This document shows, piece by piece, positions 1-11,225 of a stretch of DNA of 64,000 nucleotides. The notes under the pieces were generated by a model. That model searched no databases, was not told where the DNA came from, and saw nothing but the letters and a program-made list of their open reading frames with translations. The DNA comes from Candidatus Bathyarchaeota archaeon (GTDB lineage: Archaea; Thermoproteota; Bathyarchaeia; Bathyarchaeales; Bathycorpusculaceae): NCBI GenBank assembly GCA_963775685.1, contig CAVZJV010000014.1:2304001-2368000 (forward strand). Direction: 5' to 3'. Position 1 is the stretch's first letter. The number at the start of each line of letters is the position of its first letter. The position numbers were made by a program, and so were the translations under genes.

Positions 1-695
1 TTGCTTTAGTGAACACTCAAATACAAAAAGCCACAGCGCAAGAGTCAGCCGCGTCTTCTGACCTTCAGGAAGTATCAACATCAGTGACAGTAAATTATCA
101 GTTAGATGCGGCTTATGCTAAAGAAATCTACACCAACCTCCGAGACCAATACGAAAGCAGAGTTATTCTTCCCGCGATGCAAGATGCCTTAAAAGCTTCA
201 ACAGCAAAGTTTCAAGCAAGCGAATTAATCACACAACGAGAAGCAGCTAAAACCGCCTTTTTAACTCTGTTGCAAGACAAATTAACTCAATATCACATAA
301 CTATAGTCTCAGTTTCTATCACCGACTTCCAATTTTCAGAATCATTCAAAGTTGCCATTGAAGCAAAAGTAACTGCCGAACAAAACGCGCTTGCTGCAAA
401 GAATAAGCTTGAGCAAATAGGCTATGAAGCTCAGCAACAAGTCATCCAAGCGACCGCTAATGCCACCGCAATAGTAACCACGGCAAATGCTAACGCAAAT
501 GCTACAATAATTGCGGCTAACGCAACAGCTCAAGCAGTGCAAATAATCCAGGTGCAACTTACCCCGGAGTACATATCGTACCTTTATGCAATCGGCTGGG
601 ATGGAAAGCTACCCATCTACTGGTCTTCCGGTAATAGTACAGCTCCCTATCTGTTACTGCCAACGCAACAACCAATCAACAGCACAAGCCCATAG
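1..695 (+). CDS. SPFH/band 7/prohibitin family protein (5' truncated by window edge)
   Basis: Motifs SSDLQEV..VTVNY, FQASELITQRE, SITDFQFSESF..AIEAKVTAEQ, an Ala-rich coiled coil and C-terminal WDGKLP are typical of prohibitin-like SPFH proteins. Confidence 0.88.
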   Translation, partial: ALVNTQIQKATAQESAASSDLQEVSTSVTVNYQLDAAYAKEIYTNLRDQYESRVILPAMQDALKASTAKFQASELITQREAAKTAFLTLLQDKLTQYHITIVSVSITDFQFSESFKVAIEAKVTAEQNALAAKNKLEQIGYEAQQQVIQATANATAIVTTANANANATIIAANATAQAVQIIQVQLTPEYISYLYAIGWDGKLPIYWSSGNSTAPYLLLPTQQPINSTSP

Positions 696-704
696 GTTGA
701 AACA

Positions 705-869
705 ATGCCAAGAAGAGAAATATCAATACTATATGCAGATGGAAAAACCTTGATCTTGGAGGGTACGGTAGGCAAGGACTACCGTTTTTCAATCCCCAAG
801 CAACTTAGAAAAATCATAAGTCCAAATTCAAAAGTAAAGATCACAATAGAGATTGCCCCTTGTCCTTGA
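705..869 (+). CDS. small AbrB/MazE/SpoVT-like DNA-binding protein (54 aa, not in ORF track)
   Basis: Hand translation MPRREISILYADGKTLILEGTVGKDYRFSIPKQLRKIISPNSKVKITIEIAPCP; the VGKDYRFSIPKQLRK segment resembles the swapped-hairpin motif; starts 9 nt after the SPFH stop. Confidence 0.5.
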   Translation: MPRREISILYADGKTLILEGTVGKDYRFSIPKQLRKIISPNSKVKITIEIAPCP

Positions 870-1014
870 AGCGGTAAGTTAGAAAGAGCAGATCTTTGTT
901 GTATTGTAGATGATTGTTTTTCCCAAGTCTGCCTTTTTTGGAGAGCAAATTAAATTAAAAAACAAATTTACTTTAAAAAAGGGGAGTTCAAAGAGCAAGA
1001 GGCACAAGTTTGAG

Positions 1015-1314
1015 TTATCTTGCCCAGCATGGTCCAAAGCCGTATTCGTAGCCATAGCCGCCTTGATAAGGTGTAGGTGCGGGAGACGAACCGTCAGTTG
1101 ACGCCTGTGGCACTACGTTTTGGCTGCCGTAGGCTTGGTTTGCCCCAATCCCAAAGCAGTTGCCGATCCAACCCCAGAACCCATTGTTAAAGGGTACACC
1201 TGGGCTTGTGGTTGAGGAAGGTTGGGTGACTATTTGGGCTGAAGCCAATCCAACGATGGCCAGGGTTAGTGCCGCAACAGCGACCAAGGCGATTATGATT
1301 TTAGTTCTTTGCAT
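1015..1314 (-). CDS. small secreted/membrane-anchored hypothetical protein
   Basis: N-terminal signal-like hydrophobic segment, S/T/P-rich linker, C-terminal GGYGYEYGFGPCW. Confidence 0.65.
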   Translation of the reverse strand: MQRTKIIIALVAVAALTLAIVGLASAQIVTQPSSTTSPGVPFNNGFWGWIGNCFGIGANQAYGSQNVVPQASTDGSSPAPTPYQGGYGYEYGFGPCWAR

Positions 1315-1643
1315 TTTGTTTTATCACCATATTACACTATGGCTACAGCGTCTTATGGAAGTTGTCTGAAACAAAACTGAAACAGTTTCCATACTTCCAA
1401 GTTCTTGAGATTTGCTCATGAATTCTTCCTTCTATCAAAAATTTATTGATTATTTGCCTTTTTTTGTCCATGCCACGCATCTAGTCTGAATTCATCTTGT
1501 TTTCTGACATTAAATACTTACCTAAAAAATGAGGGGTGCGGGGTGAAACCTCCTCACAACTGAATGAGGTCAAATAATCCCTCTGGAACTACTGTAAGCT
1601 GTTTGAGGAAAAAATTTTAATCTTAAAGCAACCCATAATAGGC

Positions 1644-2117
1644 ATGAATAAAGAATCGAATTCTGTAATTACTAAAATAGTAAATGCTGAATCCTTTGAT
1701 GATTTTTTGGGTTTAATTGATAAACTTGCGGATTATGAGAATTTGGCTCCTCCGGATGATGAAGCTAAACAAAGATTGCGAAGGGATTGCTTGGGTGAAC
1801 ACCCCAAGTATCAAGCGGTTATTGGAAAAGTAGGCGATAAATCTGTCTCTTACTGCATTTATTTTTTTACTTATTCGAGTTTTCTTGCTTTGCCGACGCT
1901 TTTTCTTGAGGATATTTTTGTACTTGAAGAATATCGAAGACAAGGTGTAGGCAAAAAAATGTTCACCGTCCTAAAAGTAATCGCTAAACACGAAGGATGC
2001 GGCAGGATTGAGTTTGCCGTTTTGAAATGGAATAAATCAGCGCAAGAATTCTATGAAAAAAACAAAGCTAAAGGCTTGGAATGGTTTTTGTATCGTTTGG
2101 TCAAAGAAGACTTTTAG
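1644..2117 (+). CDS. GNAT family N-acetyltransferase (SSAT-like)
   Basis: LFLEDIFVLEEYRRQGVGKKM acetyl-CoA motif A, followed by VLKWNKSAQEFYEK. Confidence 0.9.
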   Translation: MNKESNSVITKIVNAESFDDFLGLIDKLADYENLAPPDDEAKQRLRRDCLGEHPKYQAVIGKVGDKSVSYCIYFFTYSSFLALPTLFLEDIFVLEEYRRQGVGKKMFTVLKVIAKHEGCGRIEFAVLKWNKSAQEFYEKNKAKGLEWFLYRLVKEDF

Positions 2118-2373
2118 GGTAATAAGGAACTTTTTTCCAATAGAGTTATATTTTTTTGTGTTTTAGGTAAGGGATACTTCACAAGAAAAGAAGCAGATCT
2201 ACGATTATTAACCAACTGCTTTTCTGGTTTCTTAGTATCTTTTCATCCCTGAAAATGTCAATAATGTGGAGTCAGAAGCGCCTTTTCTTCTCATACTGCC
2301 TTAATAGAGACTTGAGCTTCAGGGTGTGATATATTCAAAAAAAGAAAGAAACAACTGTTAAGACAGTTGCCTA

Positions 2374-2655
2374 TTACATTTTATGCTCTTTGAGAACGGT
2401 CATCGGTGACGTACTAGTATCGGCGATGCCCGGCATGGCTCGTAAGATCTCTCCGACGAAGTGAAGACTGTTTTCATTGCTATCGGCTTTGAAGAAAATC
2501 ACGAAATCCCAGTATCCGTACAAGCTCCATGAGGACTCGATCTTTATTCCTTTCATTGGTTCGGTAGGCATCTTTTTAAATGCTTCCCAGAACTCGCCGC
2601 CCTTTCCAGAGATCGTTTTGATTAAAACTTGATATTTATTCGTGCTTTTTTCCAA
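2374..2655 (-). CDS. stand-alone Lrp/AsnC ligand-binding (RAM)-like domain protein
   Basis: SLYGYWDFVIFFKADS...ILRAMPGIADTSTS matches the RAM pattern; no HTH. Confidence 0.6.
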   Translation of the reverse strand: MEKSTNKYQVLIKTISGKGGEFWEAFKKMPTEPMKGIKIESSWSLYGYWDFVIFFKADSNENSLHFVGEILRAMPGIADTSTSPMTVLKEHKM

Positions 2656-3048
2656 TTAAAACACCGCTCTTATTTTTGTTAAGACGAACCTTTAAGATTC
2701 TGTGGCTGCATTGTCACAACCACAACTGCGTACCGATCCAACGTCAACTTCTCCCATTCACAGACCCTTTTGTAAACTCCTTCGCGTTTCGTTATAGACC
2801 TCTACTTGTTCGTTTCCGACTTTGTTGTATTCTTAATATGGCTAAGTGAAAGAAAATAGGCTGAATTCTAAACTGTTAATTCGTCATTTTATTAAACAAA
2901 ACTTCTAAATTATTTAATAAAAATAGTTTATTTTCTTTTTTTTAACAAGCTATTTATAGTTATACGGGTTGAAGACCCAATTGGGTTGCCAAGGGGCAAC
3001 CAACATAGGTAGCTTTTTGTCAACCCCAAAATATTGGAGAAGAAAAAA

Positions 3049-5669
3049 ATGTTTAAATTAGAAAACAAAACTGCAGCTATTGTAATAACTCTGTTGTTGA
3101 CACTGTCAATTGCAGGCGCAATTGCTGTCCCAAAAGCAAATGCAGCTAATTTCCCCGGAACCACAATTCCAACTTGGGCATATCTTCAGGTTGTACCTGA
3201 CCAAGTTGGAGTAGGTCAAAACGTACTGATGGTAATGTGGATTGACAAACCTCCACCAACAGCCAACGGCATATTAGGCGACAGATGGGTAAACATGACA
3301 CTTAAAATAACAGACCCCGACGGAACCGTTCAAACTTCTAGGACCTTTCAAGTCGGACGACGCAGGTGGCTACACAACCAACTATGTTCCCACTAAACTT
3401 GGCGACTATTCTGCAATCTTTATCTTCCCAGGCGAAACCCTCACAGGCTCTCTTGGAAATGACGGCTTCCCATTTATCAATTCAGCAGTAGGCGATGTCT
3501 ACGGCTCCTCAACCAGCAACGCAGTTCACTTTACTGTAAGCAACGAACCATACTCCACGATTCCTGAGAATCCTCTTCCAACAGATTATTGGCAGAACCC
3601 AGTTGAAGCTTTTAACCACTACTGGTCAACAATTGCAGGCAACTGGCTCGGAATTTCAGCCGTCGAATTTGGAAACACAGGAAACTATAACTTTGCGGGC
3701 AACTTCAACCCCTACACCCAGGCACCATTAACCGGACACGTAGTATGGGCACAACCGCTTGTCCCTGGATCTCCAGGAGGTCAACTGGGCGGAGAATTCG
3801 GTGGCACCGCAGAAAGCAACTATTACTCAGGCTTCCAATACCAACCTAAATTCTGTCCAATCATTATGAACGGGATACTCTACTACCAAGCAATGCCAAA
3901 CTTCAACTCGCTAACTCAGGGTTTTGTCGCTTTAGATCTGAGAACGGGCGAAACCCTTTGGACCAAGAACTACAATAATTACTTCTCGAACGGCTCGCAA
4001 GACGTTTTGCTATGCGGACAAATATACGTATACAAAACAATGAACACATATGGCGGCCAGTCATACCTTTGGGCAACCAGAACCACTGCTGGAGTAACTT
4101 ACCTTGATGTCTTTGATGGGGCGACTGGTAACTATGACTTCAGCATACAAGGAGGCGGAGGCGGAGGATCGTTTGGAAGGCAAAACTTCCAAGGGGAAGA
4201 CGGTAGTCTACTGCAATTATACCTGAATTCCTCTAGAGTTGACGGTGTAACACGACAATCTCTGACTCTATGGAACTCTAGCCACTGCGTAAACCCAACC
4301 GACAGCCAATTCTTTAACTTCCAACAAAACGGAAACTATCAATACAACACAGGAATAATGTGGTCAATACTATTGCCAAACCAAACTTCAACTGGCGATC
4401 CAATGCCCAGCTGGATCCTTGACGACGCTGGTCACTCAACCTGGGACCCAGACAAATACATTTTCATCATACAAGGAGGTACAGGTATGGTACCTACATA
4501 CGGATGGAACCCTGGCTGGCTGATGGAAGCAGCATACGACATGAAAGATGGAACACAGCTCTGGATAAAGAACCAAACTGAAACACCATTCGCCGCCACA
4601 ATGATGATGACAGGAGCATCAAACAGTATCTACGCCGAATACACAAAGGAAGCAATGACTTTCACAGGCTACAGCACAAAAACTGGAGAAAAAGTCTGGG
4701 GTCCAACTACGCCTCTAGTTAATCCATTAGCTTACTATGACCAAACAAGTGCAGTCTGTGCATACGGAAAACTATATACATGGACATTCGGCGGGGAAGT
4801 CTACTGCTTTGATATGGCAGATGGTCGTAAGGTCTGGAACTGGAGTACTGGAGACGCTGGAGCAAACACACCTTATGGGGTCAACCCACTTTGGATCATC
4901 GGTAACTACGAAGCAACTGTTGCAGATGGAATACTCTATGTAGAAACAGGCCACGATTATGGACCGCCGCTATTTAGTGGCGCGAAGATATATGCACTAA
5001 ACGCAACAACAGGCGAGCCAATTTGGGATATACTGAACTTTGCCTAGTGGCTCGTGCCTACCAGTTACATACGGCTATATGCTCTCGTTCAATGCATACG
5101 ACAACCAAATATACTGCTATGGTAAAGGACTGACCCAAACCACCGTTACAACTTCACCCGTGATAAATAATAACGCTCAGATACAGATTAGCGGTACCGT
5201 CAACGACCAGTCACCAGGACAAACCTGCTTAGGAATACCCGTAGCAGGCACGCCAGCTATTGACGACCAATACATGAGCAGATGGATGGAATACCTCTAT
5301 ATGCAATCGCCAAAGCCAACAAACGCAACAGGCGTTCCAGTTACTCTATCCTACGTCGACCCCAACAACAACTACTACGAAATCGGAACCACAACATCCG
5401 ACGTAAACGGTCAATACACATACAATTTCAAACCCGACATACCTGGAACTTATGCCATTACAGCAACATTCGGAGGATCTAACTCATACTTTGCATCGTC
5501 AGCACAAACTCATGTCAATTTTGATACACCAGCAGGAGCTACCCCTACATCCACACCACAACCCGCATCCATGGTTGATTTATATTTTGTACCAGGTATC
5601 ATCGGCATTATCATTGCAATCATAGTTGTCGGCGCAGTCATAATAATAGCTCTAAGAAAGCGACCATAA
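3049..5669 (+). CDS. PQQ-like beta-propeller surface protein (~872 aa) with two +1 frameshifts (~3337, ~5044)
   Basis: Signal peptide, Ig-like domain, repeated xDxxTGxxxW blades, C-terminal TM plus LRKRP. Removing one base at each site gives a continuous frame (QTLGPFKSDDAGGY; NFASGSCLPV) collinear with the downstream paralog. Confidence 0.85.
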
Positions 5670-5680
5670 AGCCAAAAAAT

Positions 5681-5706
5681 AGGAATTATTTCCTTCCTTT
5701 TTTTAT
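5681..5706 (+). terminator. putative terminator
   Basis: AGGAA-ttat-TTCCT hairpin followed by a T-tract right after the stop codon. Confidence 0.5.
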
Positions 5707-5981
5707 TCTGTAAAGCCTAAATTTTACTGGCATGGGATCCATTTAAAAGTAGTAACGCTCCGTAGAAAACTGTTAAGCTAACAAAAATATTAGTTTTGCC
5801 TCATTTTTACTAATTTTTCTTAACCAATTTACTCTAAATAATTACTATTTTATGTCACCAATGCCCACTTGCCACTCACCATTATAAGCTGGTACTATAA
5901 GAGACGGATTGGGCATGGAAACAAAAAGAAACATGTGTATTTTGTTTTCTGTCCTAAAAAAATAACGGAAGAAAAAGAAAA

Positions 5982-8587
5982 ATGCAAAAAATAAAATCTT
6001 TGATAGTGCTGCTTCTTTTCACTATTATAATAGTACCCATGACAATGCAGATATCCCAAATAGCGCCCGCAGCCGCAGCAGATGACATGCCAGTCTACTT
6101 AAAAGTATATGCTGAACCAAACCCTGTAGGCGTGGGTCAAACAGTATACATCAGTCTCTTCTTCACTAAACCCATACCCGTCGTCGGCGTAGCTGGCGGC
6201 GCAAGCCAATATATAGGGCTATCACTTAACATTGTAAACCCCGATGGAACCAACACCACTCTTGGACCCTACGCAAGTGACACAACTGGCGGAGTAGGGG
6301 GGATCCAATTCGTCCCTGCAACCATAGGAGACTACTCTGTGCAAGCATTCTACAAAGGACAAACGATTTCCAACAATGCTGGAACCCTCAGCTATAATAT
6401 ACTTCCCACACAAAGCGATACCATAACCTTCACTGTGCAGACAGATCAAATCTCCAACGTTCCACTAACGCCACTTCCAACCGAATACTGGTCACGTCCC
6501 ATCTACGCTACAAACTATCTATGGGCACAATTAGGTGGCAACTGGTGGGGCTTAGGAAAACCCTCTTTCACTGATACCGGAGGATACGACGCATCTGGCA
6601 ACAACTTTAATCCTTACTCCCAAGCGCCAAACTCAGCCCACATTATGTGGGTTAAACCAACAGCTTTTGGCGGACAAGTAGGAAATCCAATTAGCGGCGA
6701 CCAAGAAAGTCAATATACAGCACCTCAATTCTATACAGACAATTCGAGCCCATAATACTCAACGGTATCATTTTCTACAAACTATACCCCAACGTACCGA
6801 CCACCGTAACTAGCTCAGGAGGAACCCCCGGTTGGGCCGCAGTGGATCTTCGCACAGGCGAAACACTATGGACCAAAGATACCAACGATACACTAGTTTT
6901 TGGCTGGAACATGCAGTTCCACACCATTCAAGAATACGGGACGCAAGCATTCCTAGTGGCAATTGGTCCAAGCGTTGGCAGCGGCTTTAACGCATACAAC
7001 GTTTGGTCCCTGTACGACCCAATGACAGGATACTTCATCGCCAACATAACCAGCGTACCCAGCACAACGGCTTCAGGATTAGTTGAAATCGACGACGACA
7101 GTACACAGGGAGCGGTCTACATATACAGCACTAACGGGACAACAGGCGCTCAAAGCCTAACCATGTGGAACTCGACCAGATGTTTAATGTCGAGTCTTTC
7201 ATCAAGCACTATACGTCCATCAGGCAACATCAACTACACGCGAGGGTATCAATGGTCAGTTCCGATTCCAACAAACATCACTGTGAACGGAGTTACAACC
7301 GACATATACAATCCAGCAAATGCTCTGAAAAACCCCGCCCTTAACATTGCCGGAAGGACAAACGAGGTTATCCTAATGCGAGCATACGGGGAAACTATGG
7401 ATACATTTGCCTCAGAATTTGGTGAAGATTCCGAAATCGAATGTGGATTTAACGCAAAAACAGGCGCACTTCTATGGGGTCCAGTAAACAGAACATTGCC
7501 AAGATACCATGAAATCAGCGTCCTCGCAGCAGGCGAAGGCTACTATGTTGAACAAGACAAAGACACAAACATAGCATACGTCTATAACCTGAAAACTGGC
7601 GTAGCAGTTGGTGGACCAATCCAACTTCAAGGAAGTGCTTTGAGCACTCTTTCGCGAGGCGGAGCAATCGCATACGGTAAAGCTTACATTTGGGACTTCG
7701 GAGGATACGTAAACGCAATCGATCTAAAAACAGGAACCCTAAGCTGGACGTACACACCCCGACCTGCAGGATACAATACTCCCTATGGCATCTATCCTTT
7801 CTGGCACTTTGGATCGCACAGCATAGCAGACGGCAAACTATTCCTATCTGAAGCCCGCATGTATGACCCCCCAATGTTCTCTGATGCACATAAACTAGCG
7901 ATAAACTGCACAGACGGATCGCTCGTCTGGAGTGGACTTGGTTTCTATGGACGTGAACCAAGCGCAATCGCAGACGGCTACCTTGTTGCATGGAACAGCT
8001 ACGACTGCCAAATCTACACATACGGCAAAGGACCAACATTAACAACAGCAAACGTTCAACAAAACGTTGTGCAATACGGTAGCAGCGTGCTAATAACAGG
8101 CACTGTTATGGACAAGTCTACAGGAACAACAGACGACGATAGAGCAGCGCGCTTCCCAAGTGGAGTGCCGGCTGTTTCTGACAATAGTCAAACTGCTTGG
8201 ATGGCGTACGTCTACATGCAGCAGCCAAAACCAGATAACGCAACTGGTGTGCAAGTTACCATAGGTGTCGTTGATTCAAACGACAACTATAGAGAAATCG
8301 GAACCACCTTAACTGACGCCACAGGATTCTACAGCTTACAATGGAAGCCAGACATAGACGGCAAATACACAGTCTACGCCAAATTCGCCGGCAGCGAATC
8401 CTACTGGCCTTCAGAATCAACAACCGCATTCGCAGTTGACGCAGCCTCAATAACCAATAATCCAACCCCCATTCCAGTTCGATCTGTAGCTGACCAATAC
8501 TTCATTCCAGCCATCTCAGGCTTATTCGTCGCAATCATCGTTATCGGCGCAGTATTAGCACTTTTGTTGCTAAGAAAGCGATCTTAA
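5982..8587 (+). CDS. PQQ-like beta-propeller surface protein (~868 aa) with one -1 frameshift (~6718)
   Basis: Same architecture as the upstream paralog. Adding one base restores YTSTSILYRQFEPIILNGII; C-terminal TM plus LRKRS. Confidence 0.85.
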
Positions 8588-9135
8588 GAAAACAAAACAA
8601 AACACACCCCCCCTTTTTAGTTTAAAATGTAAGAGAAATGTGGCTGAGAATGCTCTGGTAAGAACTAACGGGTGACTTACTCACCGACGCATTTGCATTT
8701 GCGTTCTTTCTTTCCTTGCCCCAGAGCCTCAGCAAACCCTTGCATTCTAACTAAATTGAGTAAATTATCCAGATGCCCTTTGAACAAAGAAACGTTTCTG
8801 TATGCAACTGCAAGCCTTTTTGTATTTTCAGCCTCTTAAAAGTTTCTTTGATGAATGGTTACTATGTGGAATTACATAAAGACGCAATGTAATACTATTT
8901 AAGGCACTTCCAGGAATTGCTGCATTGATTATCGCATAAAACGTGTTATGCTTAAACTGGCGCAATATAAGCCAATAATCAATAGACCGTTCTATCCAAC
9001 GGAAGCATAATTGATGATCTAATTAAAAACTGTGAGCAAAGCAATTAGAATTATAACCCCCAAAACACTTTATGACTTTGGCGGAGTGCGAAAGGGGAAA
9101 AGAATGATCCTTAATTATGGGTTATCTCTTATTTT

Positions 9136-9615
9136 TTAGTTAGTTAAGCTCTGGCTTTTTTCGCTCAGTAATTTACCAAAGGTTGGACCGATTGGAAAGC
9201 TTGTATCATTAATGCAAGCGATTTTTATTTTTTGTATATTCGGAGCCTTTCTAGCCTCTTTGACTATCTTCTGGATGCTCTTTAGATCAATAATAGGTGC
9301 GATTGCTAATATTTCGTAAGGCCCGATTAATTCAGTAAGGACAATTATGTTTTTGACTGTCTTAAGGTATGAAATTGTATCAGATCTCTTAGCATCAGGG
9401 CCAACAGTTATAAAAAGAAAGGCTTTGCCCTGGTAACCCAACTTTGCTAGGTCTATGGACACGATGCACCTATGAATTATCCCTGTCTTCTTTAGCTTTT
9501 CGTATCTTCTTCGAACCGTATAAGGTGATACCCCTAGTTTTTTCGATATTGTAACGAATGAAAGGGTCCCGTCTTTGAGCAATTCGCTAAGTACAAGGTA
9601 ATCCAAATTGTCCAT
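9136..9615 (-). CDS. Lrp/AsnC family transcriptional regulator
   Basis: MDNLDYLVLSELLKDG..SFVTISKKLGVSPYTVRRRYEKL HTH plus RAM domain. Confidence 0.92.
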   Translation of the reverse strand: MDNLDYLVLSELLKDGTLSFVTISKKLGVSPYTVRRRYEKLKKTGIIHRCIVSIDLAKLGYQGKAFLFITVGPDAKRSDTISYLKTVKNIIVLTELIGPYEILAIAPIIDLKSIQKIVKEARKAPNIQKIKIACINDTSFPIGPTFGKLLSEKSQSLTN

Positions 9616-9617
9616 AA

Positions 9618-10094
9618 TTACCGCTCTTCAGATGCATTCAATTCAACATTTTCAAAATTAATTTGCGGAGTATTTGACCATACGTTAACAGTTAGTTTCC
9701 TTATGTCGTACCGTCTTTTAATGGCCTCTAACTTTTCATTCAAGCCAGAAAGACTTTCAGCATACACTAAAGCGCATAAATCATACTCCCCTACACTAGT
9801 AGCTGGTTCTATTAGCGTTGTATAACAATCAAGCATTTTCAGAATTTCATTAGCGTCCGCATCTGTCTCAATACCAATTGTTGCCACGACTGTGAATCCC
9901 AACTTACTAATTGAGGGAAAAAACGTTGCACCTGTAATTACACCAAGCTCCTTTAATCGATTAATTCTGTTTAACACTGAGACTGATGATAAACCGCATT
10001 GTTTAGCTATTTTCTTCAAACTTGTGCGAGCATCTTGTATGAGGATATGTAAGATTTTATCGTCAATTTCATCGATTTCGACCATGTTTGCCAT
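9618..10094 (-). CDS. Lrp/AsnC family transcriptional regulator
   Basis: IDEIDDKILHILIQDARTSLKKIAKQCGLSSVSVLNRINRL HTH plus RAM (VGEYDL). Confidence 0.93.
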   Translation of the reverse strand: MANMVEIDEIDDKILHILIQDARTSLKKIAKQCGLSSVSVLNRINRLKELGVITGATFFPSISKLGFTVVATIGIETDADANEILKMLDCYTTLIEPATSVGEYDLCALVYAESLSGLNEKLEAIKRRYDIRKLTVNVWSNTPQINFENVELNASEER

Positions 10095-10291
10095 TTAAAT
10101 TCGTATCAAGTAAATGTTCACAATTAAATAAAGCTTTAATTTTAGGATAAATGATAGAACAGATGTTTGTTATAATTATGTAATCAAGTGATGTAGGCTA
10201 ATTTTAATTGAGCATTTTGGTCATTTTGCAATCTTATGACCTAGTAGAGTTAACTCAAGTTCAACAAAAAGTATCATCAAAAATATTGACC

Positions 10292-11221
10292 TTATTCGAA
10301 AAATTCTTCAAGATATTGCATAACCAAAGCATAAGCCTGCATATCGTCAGGGCCTACTCTGATGTTGTTGCGGTCAATGCTGATTACGGCGCTACCCTCA
10401 TTCTCTCCGACTGGCTTATTGTTCTTGATTCGACAGACACATCGTATAATAGAGTCCGATTGAACCTGAAATGTTAACAAAGGATATTTTACCCCAGACA
10501 AGTGCAAATCGTATTTTCCCAATGCTTTAGGCTCAATTATAAAATGCTCTGTCTCTTCAAGCCGAAGAAGACTTTGTAGGAGTGATCCTTTATACTGAGG
10601 AAAATGAGATTTCAATTTTAATTCAGCTTTTTTTCTAACATCGTTAATTTTTCTGGACAAAGTTTCTGCATCCCAAAGTTCAACATGTAGTTTCTGGGCA
10701 TCTGCAATCGCTTGTTGGGTGAAATATGCGGAGGATAAGACAATTGAATTCTGACACATGTAAGTTTGTTTTGCTAGCATCGACATAAAAATTATTACGT
10801 TCGAAATTTTGTAGGTTTTAGGATACCTTCTGGCTTGAATCACAATTTTCTCGCCGTTTTTCGTAGCAATCAAGTCAACACCAAAAGCCAGTGCGTACTT
10901 TTCTGAGTGGACTGCGTATCCTAGTTCTTCCAACAGCCATATTATGAAATGTTCAAATTCTTTTTCCGAAAGACTCTCAACAGAATAAACTCTATCTTTG
11001 GGGATGCATTCTGATTTACTTGGTTTTTCCAAGATTGTTTTTAATGGTTTTTGCTCTGTTTGCTCCGTTTTTTGGAAGTATTCTTTTTCTATTCTCGAAG
11101 CCAACTCTTCTGCTTTATAATCGGGAAGCTTAAGTTCTATTTGCAGAAGCCCTGCCATGTCGATATTTGAATACTGCTCTACAATTTCTTGTAAGATGCC
11201 GTTAAATTTTAAGAAACGCAT
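10292..11221 (-). CDS. Mrr-like (type IV restriction endonuclease fold) protein
   Basis: SLSEKEFEHFIIWLLEELGY...GVDLIATKNGEKIVIQARRY...SSAYFTQQA...VELWD matches the Mrr_cat pattern. Likely start is ATG at 11221, 4 nt after the upstream stop. Confidence 0.8.
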   Translation of the reverse strand: MRFLKFNGILQEIVEQYSNIDMAGLLQIELKLPDYKAEELASRIEKEYFQKTEQTEQKPLKTILEKPSKSECIPKDRVYSVESLSEKEFEHFIIWLLEELGYAVHSEKYALAFGVDLIATKNGEKIVIQARRYPKTYKISNVIIFMSMLAKQTYMCQNSIVLSSAYFTQQAIADAQKLHVELWDAETLSRKINDVRKKAELKLKSHFPQYKGSLLQSLLRLEETEHFIIEPKALGKYDLHLSGVKYPLLTFQVQSDSIIRCVCRIKNNKPVGENEGSAVISIDRNNIRVGPDDMQAYALVMQYLEEFFE

Positions 11222-11225
11222 TTTG

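Noticed and set aside
440-540. Repeat-like ANATA/ANANA stretch
   Set aside because: Ala-rich coiled coil of the SPFH protein; not a nucleotide repeat array
1531-1590. Hammerhead or HDV-like ribozyme (GAAAC, CTGAATGAG, CCTCCTC words)
   Set aside because: The required stems could not be built and the core spacing is wrong
3330-6760. Programmed frameshifting or phase variation in the surface-protein genes
   Set aside because: No slippery heptamers or long simple repeats at the shift sites; sequencing error is more parsimonious
7515-8051. Antisense and alternate-frame ORFs (e.g. 7515-8051, 18746-19231, 25268-25717, 34259-34810, 63234-63689)
   Set aside because: Shadows of well-supported genes with no recognisable motifs
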